Below, piece by piece: positions 50,027-63,174 of a stretch of DNA of 64,000 nucleotides. The first letter of the stretch is position 1; each line of letters opens with the position of its first letter. A program made the translations under genes and the position numbers. Origin of the DNA: Lepidodermella squamata (Eukaryota > Animalia > Gastrotricha); the NCBI GenBank assembly GCA_047495785.1, contig JBLDXI010000042.1, positions 1,240,001 through 1,304,000 on the forward strand. The letters are read 5' to 3'. The notes below the pieces were generated by a model. It was not told the DNA's origin. It worked only from the letters and a program-made list of their open reading frames with translations, and ran no database searches.

Positions 50027-53000
50027 ATGGTGAAACCGCCTAATTGGAAGCCAAAATCGAAGGGATCGCGTAAGTGTTCCTTTTGCAAACGGAAAGGTGT
50101 TCGAATCTCAACCCACTGCGGACTACTCAATTGCTCTAAAGCTAAAGGGCAACACCATCCCAAGCCGTGCATTAAGGTTCAACCTCCACAGTCCGCTTCT
50201 CAGTCCAATTGTATGTTTTCCTAATCAATCAGTTATATATGTTTCATCTGTTTTTACACAGCCACGTCGTGTTCGCATGTTGGCGAATCTTTATCGGTAG
50301 CTCCATCCTCACTCACTGTTCAGAATACGTCTCAGCAGTCGTTGATATCTCAAGGCTTGTTCTTGTTATTCATCCTCAAATTGTATAAATTTGCGATAAA
50401 ATTTCCCCATAGGTAGCGGCGCTGTTCTGACTGCTTCGGAGCAATTGTTGGATTCTCAAGGTCAGTAATTTTTATTTCTCAACTATAACTTGACATGTGG
50501 CTGTGCCGTTCCAGCTGTTCCGGCTACCCGGGAAGATCCGCTGCCACCTCCGGGTTAGTTGTTAGATTGAGATTTATTTCATGTCTTGAGCGAATACCAC
50601 TAAGCTCTTTTAAGAATTATAAGAATTGAAGAGGTGTTAACATATGATTGTTATGTCATTTAGTCTTGTCAAATAATATTTTCAGGCGCTTCTTTGAACG
50701 AACGGCAGGAATCTAGCGCGCCTGCAACACGTCAGCCAGTAACTCAGCCATCTTGTCCAGTATGCGGCGCAAAAGGCAGGAAGTATCTGACCCACTGCGA
50801 CAATGAGGAATGCCGGATTAGTGGCCGCGGGCATCACGCTAATCCCTGTTTCCAGTTGGAACGACCCGGGCTACAGGCCGGTGTAAATCTTGAGCAGCAA
50901 CGTAAGTATTATCCACCGGGTAACAACCTTTCATAAATAATGATTCATTTAGCTGTGGCGTCCTCTGGAGCTGTTGCTGCTACGTCACAACGGTCGCTGC
51001 CATCTATAGGTTAGTTATTTAATCAAGAATTGTGCTGCCTGGTGTTAACTAAAACTGCTGTTTGTTGCAGCTAGTGGTGGTTCTTCTAATGCACCTATTC
51101 TATGTGACAACTGCAGAAGACGATCGGTGCCCTTTTTCGACATCGACATTGCTGTCGTGGAAGAGCCGGTATCTGGACGCAGCTATGGTGCTCTAGGACT
51201 AAGGAAAGTCTATGAAAACTGCTCGTTATGCCGTTGTTGCCGTCACTATTTGCGCAACGGCGATGCTCGTTTTCCCGCCGGATGGCCAGCCCTTGTTTAT
51301 AGCCTTTTCTTCAAAGCAGCGAATAGGCACCTAGCAGAGGCCCTCTCTAACTACATATCGCCGCTCATGAAAATGATGTGGAGCGAGGTCGACGGCTCAA
51401 ATGTTATGCGGGACTCGCAGCCGTGTTTCGTTGACAAGACACGTGATCTGGCTGATTTCATGGCCAATATCTACAAAGACGCAGGTATTCTATCAACCTA
51501 CTAAATGAGTATACGAATGCAGTTTTTTTTTTAATTGCAGGAGGATTCAGTTACGCGCTAAACATGTACCCAGTGCCCGACGTGATATGTCCGCAAGGTT
51601 GCCTCGCTTTCATGGAGAAGTGCCAGCTAATCCCGTACCATCATTTGATCCAACATGTCACTGGCAGCAATTTCTTCGATTCCGACTTGCGCTGGTTCGA
51701 GTCAAGGAGACCCGACTGGCCGTGCAACCCAGTGCCTTTCCTCGCTTGGGATTTCGCTGCTGCAATGGTCATGGACGAGACAAAGGGCCTATGCATCCTT
51801 GCCTGCATTGACCACAGCAAGCCGGACCTGTTTTCCATGTACCTGCATCTCCCTGCGAATCCCGAGTTCGACCGGTTCCACGATCCGCAGCAGACCGAAA
51901 TCTATGCACCCGTGCACGTGCAGCCCAATTTCGTCAGAGGCGGGCGAGTCGGTCAGTCGAACGCATCAGTGCCAGTGACAAAAACTCTGGGTGATCAATT
52001 AGGTGTCGGCAGCTTTACATTGCGTGGTGCTCACTCGGCAAATCGCAAGGCTTTGAGCATGTACGCCAGCGCCTTTAAGCCACACCTTTTGGCCTTGCGA
52101 TATCGTCCTGAGATTCGCAACACCGCGATCAGCAGATTTGGCGAGGAACACGTGGCTCACGTTCTTGCTGATTTTGATCAGCATTGCCCAACTGCTGTCG
52201 TGAGAAACCATGTCAAGGGTGGCACTTTCATCGAGCTAGCTGACTGTTACTTCACCTGGGCTATTCGCCGCAAAATCGCGACAGGTCAGTACATTTCATT
52301 CTTAATCTACTACTATAGATTAGACTCAACAGAATTAGCACTGCATTAATTTTGCTGATAGTGATAGCCTTGTAATCGGGCCCTGCACTGAATTTTAGAT
52401 GCGTTTTGTCCAATATAAAATTCTCCAATATAAATGGTCAAAGAACGGATGTAGCAACTGTAGTAGAGTATCGCGCGGGATAACCACTGCAAATTATTAT
52501 GTAGTGTACTTCGGGAGGATAAGATTAGGCCGATCGAACTGCTCCAAATTCTCGATATAATAAACAAATATAGAGATACTAAGATTCAAGCGCATTAACA
52601 ATTCATCATCGATTCCTACGAATTGTCTCATTTCGTCCTTCTTTATTTTAGGAAGTGATTCGTCGAAAAAAGGGAAAACACCTTCAGAAGCCGTGATCTT
52701 CAATCCGGTTCACCCGAACGATGATCATGGCTTAATCCCCTGGGCGTTCAAGTCGGGTCAAGGCGACAACCCTAGTCAGCTCCTGACACTGGTTGCCAAC
52801 GTCGTTTCGTTGTGCCGCCCTGTGTACCGTGCGGCGTTGAGTCATCTAGTGCTTGGCAGTCCCGATTTAACACGCGTCGACATCGGTGACTTGCTCAGTC
52901 ATACTGTTTCGCTGCCGCGCCCGAAAACCCCTCGTACTCTGAATTTGTCGCATCTGGCAAGGGACTTCTGGTCACTGACAGAACCCGAAAGTGATAGCGG

Positions 53001-56000
53001 ATCTGACGATGACGAAGAATCCCCCGATGTCGTTACGCGGGCATTAACTTTGATTGGGAGAGTTACTGCGCCGATTAATGATGTCGAGTTGTCGTTTGCT
53101 GGATCTCATCTTTTAGCGATAAGAAAGGGGCAAACCATGGACGGCGAAAGAAGGAGTCTCCGAAGTCATGGTGAGTGTTTTATTCATATTTTGGCAATTA
53201 TTGCTGCATTATTAGACGTTGTGGTGATACATATCATGATCTTGGGTCCTGAATTTCAAAATTTACTGGTTTTAATCAAAAATTGAAACAACAAAAAATT
53301 GAGGGCTCCCATTCAAGTTATAATGACGTAAATCTTGAAATATTGAGTAATTTTCAAATCGTTTGATTCATACCTAGATAACCCTTGTTTATTTCGTGTT
53401 GACAGTGGGTAGGGTGCTGGTCATCCACGGAGGTCAATCTCAGCTGCTGACCGAATACCAGACTTCGCATGAGCTGCTGATGTGCCGACCCGAAGGTGCC
53501 TTGCCGATCAATTGGCCCGCATTGCCCTTGTCGCTGAAAGCTGGTCATCACCTGCTACTTGCCCGCGTCAAGTTTGGCTCGAAATCCTACATCGTTTTTC
53601 GATGGTCGCCTAGCTTCAGTGGCTGGTGGACAGTAGAGCCTAGCGGGCGAGTGGTTCGTGGTGTCAGTGATCAGCACATGCGCTCTGACGTCCAATTTGC
53701 GATTTACGCTCTGCCTGGCAACCAGACGTTCTGCAATCAAGCCGTCCGTCAATCGCTCGGTGGTCAAAGCAAGGCTGCCTGCGAAATGCATTTCGACTCT
53801 GTCGAGTTCAACTTCACTCTTATGAAAGTGCCGGTGAAACATAAGGTGAAGTGTTGCATGCGATCACCGGGAAGAGCCAATCAATGCGGCAAACCTGCTC
53901 AGTTGCGCTGTCCTGCGGGCTTGCAGAATGGCAGCTTGTCGTGCAGTGTCGGCATCTGCACGCGGTGCTTCAAGAAGCTTCCAGCGGACGGTATCACCAA
54001 GCTCTCAGCGCCTGACTTTCTGCCTGATGTGCCTGAAGATGCTGAATTGCAACTGTCAGCTAGCAGGGCATCGAACTTGGAAGCTCAAGCCGACGAGGTT
54101 CCGCCGCAGCCTGAGCAGCTTCATTTGGCTACTGATATTCAATTTCCTCGAGGCGATGCTGAGCCGCTGTATGATCCGACCAAGGGTATTCTCGCCAAGT
54201 ATCTCTGGCAGCACTTGGGAATTCTGCAGCGAACCAGGCTCGCTTTCGATTCTGCCCAGAAGTCTTTTCTACTGCAGCAGATGGTTGCCTTCGGAGATGC
54301 CCCTGCTACTTCCATCTTGTACCCGGAGGGTGCTCTGTTTCCGTCACTTTTCTATTGCCAACGTGATGGCAGTGTTGTTGGTGCTTTGCCTCACCATCAC
54401 TACTCGTCCTACAACTCCGACTATACAGGTGGAATCGGCTCCCTGTCTGATCATGTCAAAGTCAGGTTGCGCAACTTCTTCTTGGCAACAAGCTGGTCGT
54501 TTGCGTCAATCTACTTCTCCTTTGACATGAAGCTATCGGCGCAGCTGAACAAAAACAGCACTGCAATCTTCATGAAGCGTGGGACAGAAGGCCTGGCAGG
54601 TAAAGGCGCTGTTGGCTGGTCTCCTCCTGGCACGGCTCTCGAATACGAGGAGTTCGACAAGGAGTCGAGGCTGAAAGAGCTTGGCGCCCTAATCAAGCAT
54701 GAAGAATGGAAGTGGTTCGGGACAATTACTTGTAATGATACAGGTTAGCACAAGTTTTGGTATTCAATCTCACTCAATTGTAGACTGAATAATTTCTCCA
54801 AGAATTGTTTGAAATTTGAAATTTTACCACCTCGACCTACACAATGCATTATTTTTCAATTCCAGGCACACCTGGTGTATGTGAAATCGTCAAAGCCCTT
54901 ATGATAAACGCTCAAAGGCACCATGGTCCACGCCCTGTTCTGTCGAAGGCCGACTATCAGCGAACTTTTCGTCAGCGTCTGCTCCTTGTTTCAAGGCTTG
55001 ACGAGACCGAGTACAAGCGGCTGTACTACGCCCATTTCATCCTCATCAGCATGGCTTGGCAACGAGTGCAGGAGCATCTGATCGAGTTCCTGAAGCGCAC
55101 GAATGTTGTTGGCACTGTCACCACTATTTTCGTCAGGAACGAATTTCAGAGCGAATCACTCGTTGGCAACAAAAGTCATCTGCATATGGGCATTTCAGTA
55201 CGCGAAAGCCGGGCAGAACTGCTGGAGAAAGTTTGCTGTGATCCTCGTGAATTCTTCTCGGAGCGGTACGGCACGTCATTCGACGAGCTTCAGCGCTTGA
55301 GGTTGGTCGAGAGCCGAGATCACTTCGAGCTGCTCAAGGAGGTCCATTACCCCTTCCAACGTCACGAATGCGAGAAAGCGTTTTGGAAATGTCAAGTTCC
55401 ACGCGGCGAAGGAGGGGAAATGGTTTGCCGAGTTCGCCAGCACGGCGTCTCCAGCAGCGGCTATTTCGAAGAATTCCGCAACGTGTACTCCGAGGATACC
55501 CTGAAAGAGCTGCAATCCCTAGACCTCGCCAGAGAAGTGCCCAATCCCACTGGCGACTTTGACTGGGAATTTCTGGCTGATCAGCTCAAGTCGGGCGTGT
55601 ACCACTACGCGATCAAGCATCTCGAGAAGGGCGTGAAGTTCATTCCGCAAATCCCGATCATCGCGGCAATGATGGGCGGCTCCACGAACTTTCAGATATG
55701 CGATTCTCATTTCAGCGTATCTTACCTGACGAGCTACGTTGCCAGCTCCGACGCTCGCCCTGAAGCTTACGCTGCAACGACAGATGTTCCGGGCCAAGTC
55801 GTTGCTTTGTTCCCTGCTGGTTTTGAGCGAGGTCAAAAGCTTGCTAGTGTTCGGTGAGTAATATCTTTGCACTTCAATTGACTTGAAAAACTTTGATGTT
55901 TTTAGGAAAGTGATGGAAGCGAAGCTGAAGCATTTCCGTCGAGAAAGCATGCAGAGCTTTATCTTCATCGCCTTGACAGAAGTTGCTTGGTTCGCGTTGG

Positions 56001-59000
56001 GGTTTCCCTACACCATCACGAATGTCGGTTTCGTACACATCAACACACACCCACCAGCTTCGCGGCTAATGTTGTGGCGACCGAAAGAAGCAGTGAAAAA
56101 GCGACTACCGGGTATGCTCTTGAGAATAGTTATTGTGATTATTTTCAAATAATATTCCAAAAACAGGTACAGATGTAGTTGCTGTCGACCCAAACTACAA
56201 TCGCCGGGGCCTGCCTCAGTGGCGCTTGTTCACGGAAGCATGCATTCGTCTGATCATGAAAATGAGAGGCACGAATCTGCTAGCTGGCCCTGTCGAGAAG
56301 TTCGAGATTCGACCTCCCGAGGCTCGTATCTTTGCGTCACCTGCTATCTATCACGCGGTGTTCGTCATCGACCGGAAAAACCGACGACCATACAACCCGA
56401 TGGTCGATCCTTACATCCGTTTTTTCGACGGCTTCAAGCGGGAGGTCCGAATCAACGATTGCAGTTTGCGCATCGCGCTCGACTATCTGGCTCAGCAGGA
56501 CCAATCCAATGCAGCCGTTCAAGCACTCACGGAAATTTTCGAACTCTTGGTCGAAGGCGATCCTGTCTATGTTGACCGGTAACGATCTTTACGTTTTTAT
56601 AATTTTCGGAATATTTCAAATGTACGCTGAACTAGGTACTTGCACGTCACAAATAAGGCGGCGATAATTCCAGTCCTATCCACCATCTCTCCGCTCAACC
56701 GCTTCAACTTCTTGTATCACGTCGTCATGACGTTTGGTCGAATCGAAGATGAGGCTACTACCTTTCCGGCTGGGCATCTCCGGGCGGCATTTGTTCGATC
56801 GGGGCTCATTCGGGTCAATCCTGAAGGCGAGCCGACCAACCTTCCTGCCGACGTGAGGTCTCTGAAGCGTCGCGTCATTCTCGAAATCTTCGCTTTCCTG
56901 CCAATCGGTGTCAAGAGATTCGATTTTTACGTCGCCACTCTGAAATCCATGTTCGAGCAGTTTTTCTTTGGCGATGGAGGCACCGACAATCTCTCGGCAC
57001 TGACTGACTGGGATGCGATTGAACGGGAAGTTGACGAGGATATTGTCCGAGCGGAAGGAGAAATGAAGCGGTCTGTGGTTGAGGTGACGCATTCGCAGCT
57101 TGTCGGGAAATTGCCGCTACCACCGCTGTCGGATTTCACTGACGCTACATCGTGTCAACCTTTGGAATGGATTCCGAGTCTTCAACGACAACCAGGTCAG
57201 TCGGACCAGTCTTTCCAGGAGCAGCAGGCGGCTCTGGCTTTCGGTATGAAGACACTCGAACGCTTCCGAAGCAGAGCTAGCTTCAAGCACATCGCACTGG
57301 TTGGTCCTCCTGGGGCTGGAAAGACAACGCTGGCGCAGATCCTTGCCATGGTTGCCGTTTCTAAGGGACTACGAGTTGTCATTACTGCTTTGACCTCGGA
57401 GCGAGCACGAGTTCTTGGCGGTCGGCACATCCACCTGCTTTTTCCTTTGCCGGTTAAGCAAATACCGTACAAAAATGTAATGGCGTATGCTGACGGCTGC
57501 CTCAAGAATCTGTGTTTCAAGACTACGCCGTCTGTTGTCCTATATCGGGCTGACGTCTTCATCATCGAAGAAATTGGGCTGGTCTCTGCTGAAACCCTGG
57601 AAATCTTGGACACAGTTATGAGGAGTCTTACAGGTAAGCAAACCAGCATTCAATTATTACTGGTATTTATAGTTTTCATTAGGAGTCGATGCGAAAATGG
57701 GTGGCAAATTGATCATTGCTACCGGGGACTTTGCTCAGCTCGAGACGATCAATGGTGAGAGTTGATTTATTGCAATACTAACATGTATATTGTATTTGTT
57801 TTTTTTAATTATCCCAGGTCGATCCTTTTGGGAATCAACACAATTGTACCTCAGCTACGACGTCGCATTGTTGAAACATTTCGTTCGGGCTGCCACTGAC
57901 CCGCTACTCCAGCGGGTGCTGTTGATTTTGCGGCAAGGCGTTCTTGACGAGATTGACCGGGACTTCATCCTCAAAGCTGTGACTAGAACGTGCAACTTTT
58001 ACGACACTTGGGACAACGTTCCGTTCCTTGTCCAGCGGATCGTCCCAACAAGAGAAGCTGAACAAGAGGTTAGTTGGAAACGGAAAATTTTGGTGATCAC
58101 TCTTGCCTTTCATTAATTGATCAGGTCATTCGGAAGTTCCTGCAAGACGCTAGTCTCAGTGGCAAGACTTTGAAAACAGCTCTATGCATCGACGAAGTAA
58201 ACACGCGTGGTGCCTGGGAACCTCTTCACCGTCCCGAATGGAAAAAAGCTATCAACAAACAGTCACTCAAGCCCGAGAACTTAACGCTCTTTGTTGGTGC
58301 TGTGGTTGCTATGACCTACAATCACGTAGCGTCGAACCCGCAACACTCCTTCTCCCAAGGGCAGCTAGCTCTGGTGACGCAGTTGCCGGAAGACATGGCC
58401 GCACCGGATGCCAAAATTTCTGTCCGCTTGGTTCCTCCAGGGCTGCGTGACATTGCACCAGATGAGGCTTGGCCAGAAATAAGTGTGGGCCGGCATCGGG
58501 ACGATAACATTGTTGTTGGCGACAACAAAACGCACCTGCGTCGTGTTCAGTTTCCGCTGCGGCATTACATTGCCTCGACTATTCATCGTGAGTGCTAACC
58601 TTGTTTTTATATTCAAGTATATAAAAATGTTAATTGTTTTCAGGAATCATGGGTTCTACCTGCGAGAACGGCGTTGCAGCCAAGATTGCTTCCAACGAGA
58701 AGGTACGTATTGCGAACAATAACTGTGGATATTGATATGTTCAATGTACTGTAATGAAGGGCTACGTGCTATGGGAACGGGCGCAGCTTGCTGTCATTCT
58801 CTCGCGGTGCCGTTCACTTGACCGTGTGTCATTTGTTGGCGAACGCGCAGACATCACTGTGGCCATCGAAAGGCTGTTGATGGCAGTCGATGAGCCATAC
58901 GAGGCTATCGTCGCATCGCTGCAAACGCTGGACGTGCTGCCTACCTCAACAGTCGCCAGTAACTGGTCAGCCGGACGACAGCAGCAGGTCAGCGACCCCG

Positions 59001-60115
59001 ACGAACTGCCCGACATCACGTTCCGCGTTTTACGAACAACTTCCGGGTTAGTCCACTTACTTATTTGGCTCTTTGTATAGTCAACTCACTAATTGCGTAT
59101 GTCCCATTATATATCGAGTCTTGACAGTTCATATTTCTATAACCATTTTATTATATTTCAAAATAGAATAAGTCGAACGTTTTCAAGAAAATTTTTCTTA
59201 TAGATCATTCACGATCGAGCAGCTTGGCGATGCTCAAACTTCCATCCCATTGTAAGTATGGCATTGTTCATCTGCTTTATATACTATTCAAAACTTCTTC
59301 ATAGCCCTGCAACCGTTGACCAGGCAAGCTCCTCCGATGCGCCTGTTGTCCCACGGTTAGTATAACCTATCAATTCCATTTCATTGCTTCAAATTCTGCT
59401 CAATTTATCAGAGTGCCGACATTGTTGGACTTCTACCGCGTCGTCGGTCCTGATTTGTCGGAACGCGAGCCCAATGGCGTCGTTTATCAATTGGTGGAGG
59501 TGGCTCAGCCGTGGGCCAGCTACTTTGGCGAAACCGAGCAAGCGCCTCTACAGCGACTTTATGACCACAATCACAGTAAATACAAGAGAGACTAAAAAAA
59601 TCGAACTGCTAACATTTGATTTCAGATGCAGGGGCCGCGATGACTCGCGGCAAGCAATGGCATTTGTACGCCGTCGCTCGTGGCTTGCCTGATGACGAAA
59701 CCAGGTTGAACCTGGAGAAAAGGTGCCAGGACCTAATTACAGCGCAACCTGAGCTTTTGCCGTGGCAAGTTAGGACCAAGTTTGAGTCCTACGTGGACGA
59801 CATCAACGCTCGCCTGCATGGGTCCACTGCTGTAATTCGTTACGGCGAGTTGGACGAGGCTAAGGTTCACCGCCTGCGTACGATCTCCTTGTGAGTCAGC
59901 TGATGGATGTCATTCTTTTTACTCAATCCTTTCACTTTTCAGCACGTCGACAATTAGAGTAGCACCGGCGCCACCGTCAGCGCAAGAAGAAGCAGGTGAA
60001 CTAATCGACCAAGATCCGCCCCCAAAGCGGTAAATAGATTTAAGTTCACATTTGCTTGTAGCTTTTTACTATTATTTTCAGAATTCATCTCGCAAATAAT
60101 TGTTCGCCGTCTTGA
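50027..60115 (+). CDS. Spliced RepHel-GIY-YIG transposase (unit 4)
   Basis: Near-identical to the unit 2 gene. TGA at 60113-60115. Confidence 0.85.
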
Positions 60116-60752
60116 TGTTTCTGCCGATCTTCCGATAAATGAAATGTTCCAATTCAATGTTTTTCCTAGTAGTAGCCAATAAACGTATTGCACTTTTTCT
60201 AATAGTGTTTATTGAATCAGAGTTATCAGATCGACTTGACTTAATATGAATCAAATCGCCACGAAACCGTAATTTGTCTGATCCTTGTGCTTCGTCCATT
60301 ATATAATTTTTCTAAAAGATTACCTAAGCTGATTGCCATGCTCTTGGCTCTGTGGCAACCGAACCATATTCATCTCACAAGTTGGCACTACAGTTGCTTC
60401 CGGAACCCACCATAAAGATGACAGGTCTTAGTTTCAAGTTTTTCCATTGCATCACTATTGCTAAATCAAAATCCATCAAATAAAAATGCTTCCCTGCGTA
60501 AATCTATAATTTCAAATCTTAATCACGGAAAATAAGGTTTATATCAAATCAAATCAAACCCAAAGCACTGATGAGAATATCAAATTTCAAATGTCATTAA
60601 CACTGGGGTGAGGGGGAGCCACCGTCCCCTCCAACGACGTGGAGGGGAACTCCAAGGGGTGGTTCGAGTCCTTACCTATTACCCAGGAGAGTAGAGAAAA
60701 AGAAAAGGCTAGCGCAGCGTAAGCCTTGGAACTCTCCTGGATGGGGGCGCGA

Positions 60753-61365
60753 TATGAGAGTTCCGAAGGAACGTAGTTCCTTACAAGTGTTTTACACATA
60801 CGCCGTAGATTACCACGAACGAAGTGAGATACCTTCCGAAAGGCACCCCCCGGGAACGAGTTGGTTAATAGGACATACTCAGATCAACTTACCCGATTTA
60901 TGGTGGTATCCTGGACCCCTCAGGACCTCCCAGAAGTTTTTTCAGCTCAATCGGAGCTTCCGTTGATTTTCTAGAAATTAGGACGGTTTTTTCTTATTTT
61001 ACCGTATTTTTTGGTCACGTGACCTGAAATGGGTAGTATATGAGGGGACAGTAGGAGGATATGATAGGTACACCAAAAAACAAACCACGCTGACCAAAGC
61101 TTCCCAGCCAGCTGACAGGCTGGCCCCTCGCCCCTGGGGGAGAGGGGCCCACAATAGATCAACAATGCAAGCTCGCGACTAAAGAGCAAACGACAAAAAG
61201 GCAATATAAATAAAATGCAAGGTCAATTGAAAAGACGTGAGGCAAATAAATTGTGAATTATGCATTTAAAGCAACAGAATTACCCGTAATCGACTACGGA
61301 GAATCCGAATACGACATTCATTTTGTTAAAGCAATGATAATCCAATGATAATCACTTCAACAAAT
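60753..61365 (+). repeat. Diverged homolog of 15593-16211 (continuation of an older variant of the element)
   Basis: Colinear with 15593-16211 but with many substitutions (roughly 80-85% identical by eye). Homology is lost after ~61365. Confidence 0.85.
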
Positions 61366-62060
61366 TTCGCGCTCGAGCAGCTGCGTTACGGACTACGGAG
61401 AATCCGAATATGACATTTATTTCATTATCGAAATATGATAACCCATGATAACCCTTCAAACCATTTTCGCCCTCCTTTTACCCACTTTCGCCGCGCCACT
61501 TGCGTATTTTCACCACGAGTTGCGTATCTTTCACCACCTAACAACTTACGACGCATCACTGTTGAGGTAAGAAACTTCGAACAAGCACTTCAAATTATGC
61601 GCCACATCGACCCATCGACATCGAGCTGCGTATCGCTGAGGACCATCTCATCATTGTTGTAAATTCAGTCATTCATGTACACTGATGATTGTTATACGTT
61701 ATACGTATGTGTTCCTTGTGATATGAGTTCTTTGAGAACCTTGTGGAATATGTGTTAAACGTGATTCACCACAAAAGATCCGCCTTGAAACACAGCTAAC
61801 TTACACTGCCTTTTTGTGTCCATTGCCATAGAAGGTGCATTTTGCACATTAATCTATGGGTTTACCCGTAATCGACTACGGAGAATCCGAATATGACATC
61901 CATTTTATTATAAAGCAATCCTAACCCCATGATAATCCTTCCAATAATTTTCCAAAAATGTTCCGGCTCGCGCGGCTGCGCCGCACTCGCTGAAAGAGTT
62001 GCGTAACTTTAACCACCTTACAACTTAACGAATCCTCACCGATGAGGTAAGAAACTTGCA
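61280..62060. repeat. Degenerate direct repeats containing GACTACGGAGAATCCGAATAYGACAT
   Basis: Motif at ~61292, ~61391 and ~61874 (and ~16135 in the units). A second shared block GAGTTGCGTA...TGAGGTAAGAAACTT at ~61518 and ~61996. Confidence 0.75.
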
Positions 62061-63174
62061 AGTGTGAATATGCACAGTTTCACATAGCAAAAACCAGCAA
62101 GTTGGACATGGCACCCCATTAAAAAACCAAATTAGCCAAATTAGCTGAACATGTTCTTTACGAAGAAATGTTTCATATTTCGACGTTTTCGTCATCAACA
62201 ATTTTTTATATTATTTAATTCAACCCTGCTTGATATTTTACAAACATTATTCGAAACTTCTAAGAAAGGTCCATAAAGTTTCACATTTCACAAAATGCAT
62301 TTTTATTTTTCATTCATGCTACTACGAAGTACTAATGATAGCGCGGTACAATAACAAACACGTTGACATATGATATCTCAACGAAGCCGTCATTCACCAG
62401 ATCTGGATACGGAATCCTCGCCACTTAATTCAACGTTGATTAATATTTTGCAAACATTTTTCGAAACTTTTAAGTATCCCAGTAGGGTCCAAAAAGTTCA
62501 ACATTTCCCTTGACAATACCCTCGGGAAGTAGCTGTAGCGCCAGTTTTTTCGAGCTGTACGGCTCTGTGATGCATTACTCAAATTTCGAACTCGTAAATG
62601 GGAGGGAAACCAGATCCTTCACAACTTCACTGGTCTTCTTTTTATAACAAAATCATTCCATCCCATATCTTGCGTCACACGCCGCGTTCGCACGCGCATG
62701 ATTGAGGTTGGAGGTCTTCGACTTTAAAATGATAACCCTACCAGCAATCCGTGCTAACGATTACGTCAGCCGGGAAAGTTCATCTTTTTCGGACCTTCAT
62801 CAGCGGGAACGATTACGTCTCATAAAAAAACTAGTTGTTCCCTTCCACGGTCCCGTATATTTCGCGTTGCAGAGATTGTGGATGTTCCCCAGGCAAAATT
62901 GAACTTTAAAGTACAAGTTCCCAACTGCCGTATCGCGCGGAATAATTACTGCAAAGGTTTACCTGCCATTCTCGTTATCACTTCTAAATAACGTAAAACA
63001 GTCTCGTATCAATTTCGTTGATTTTCGATTTTCACTACATTTAAGGAAAATATATAGTTGGTGCTTGACGTACCGAAAAATGAGTGTGTAGTCTGATTCA
63101 ATGTTAGGGTTCGTATTGTTCGCTTTTAGAGCGGCGTCCTTTTCAAGCTTCACTTTCCGCCCCGTTCACTTTCA

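Larger units (their letters stand above)
45580..60752 (+). mobile_element. Helitron-like element, tandem unit 4 (15,173 bp; one extra satellite monomer)
   Basis: Near-identical to unit 2. Identity drops abruptly after ...GGGGGCGCGA at 60752. Confidence 0.85.
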
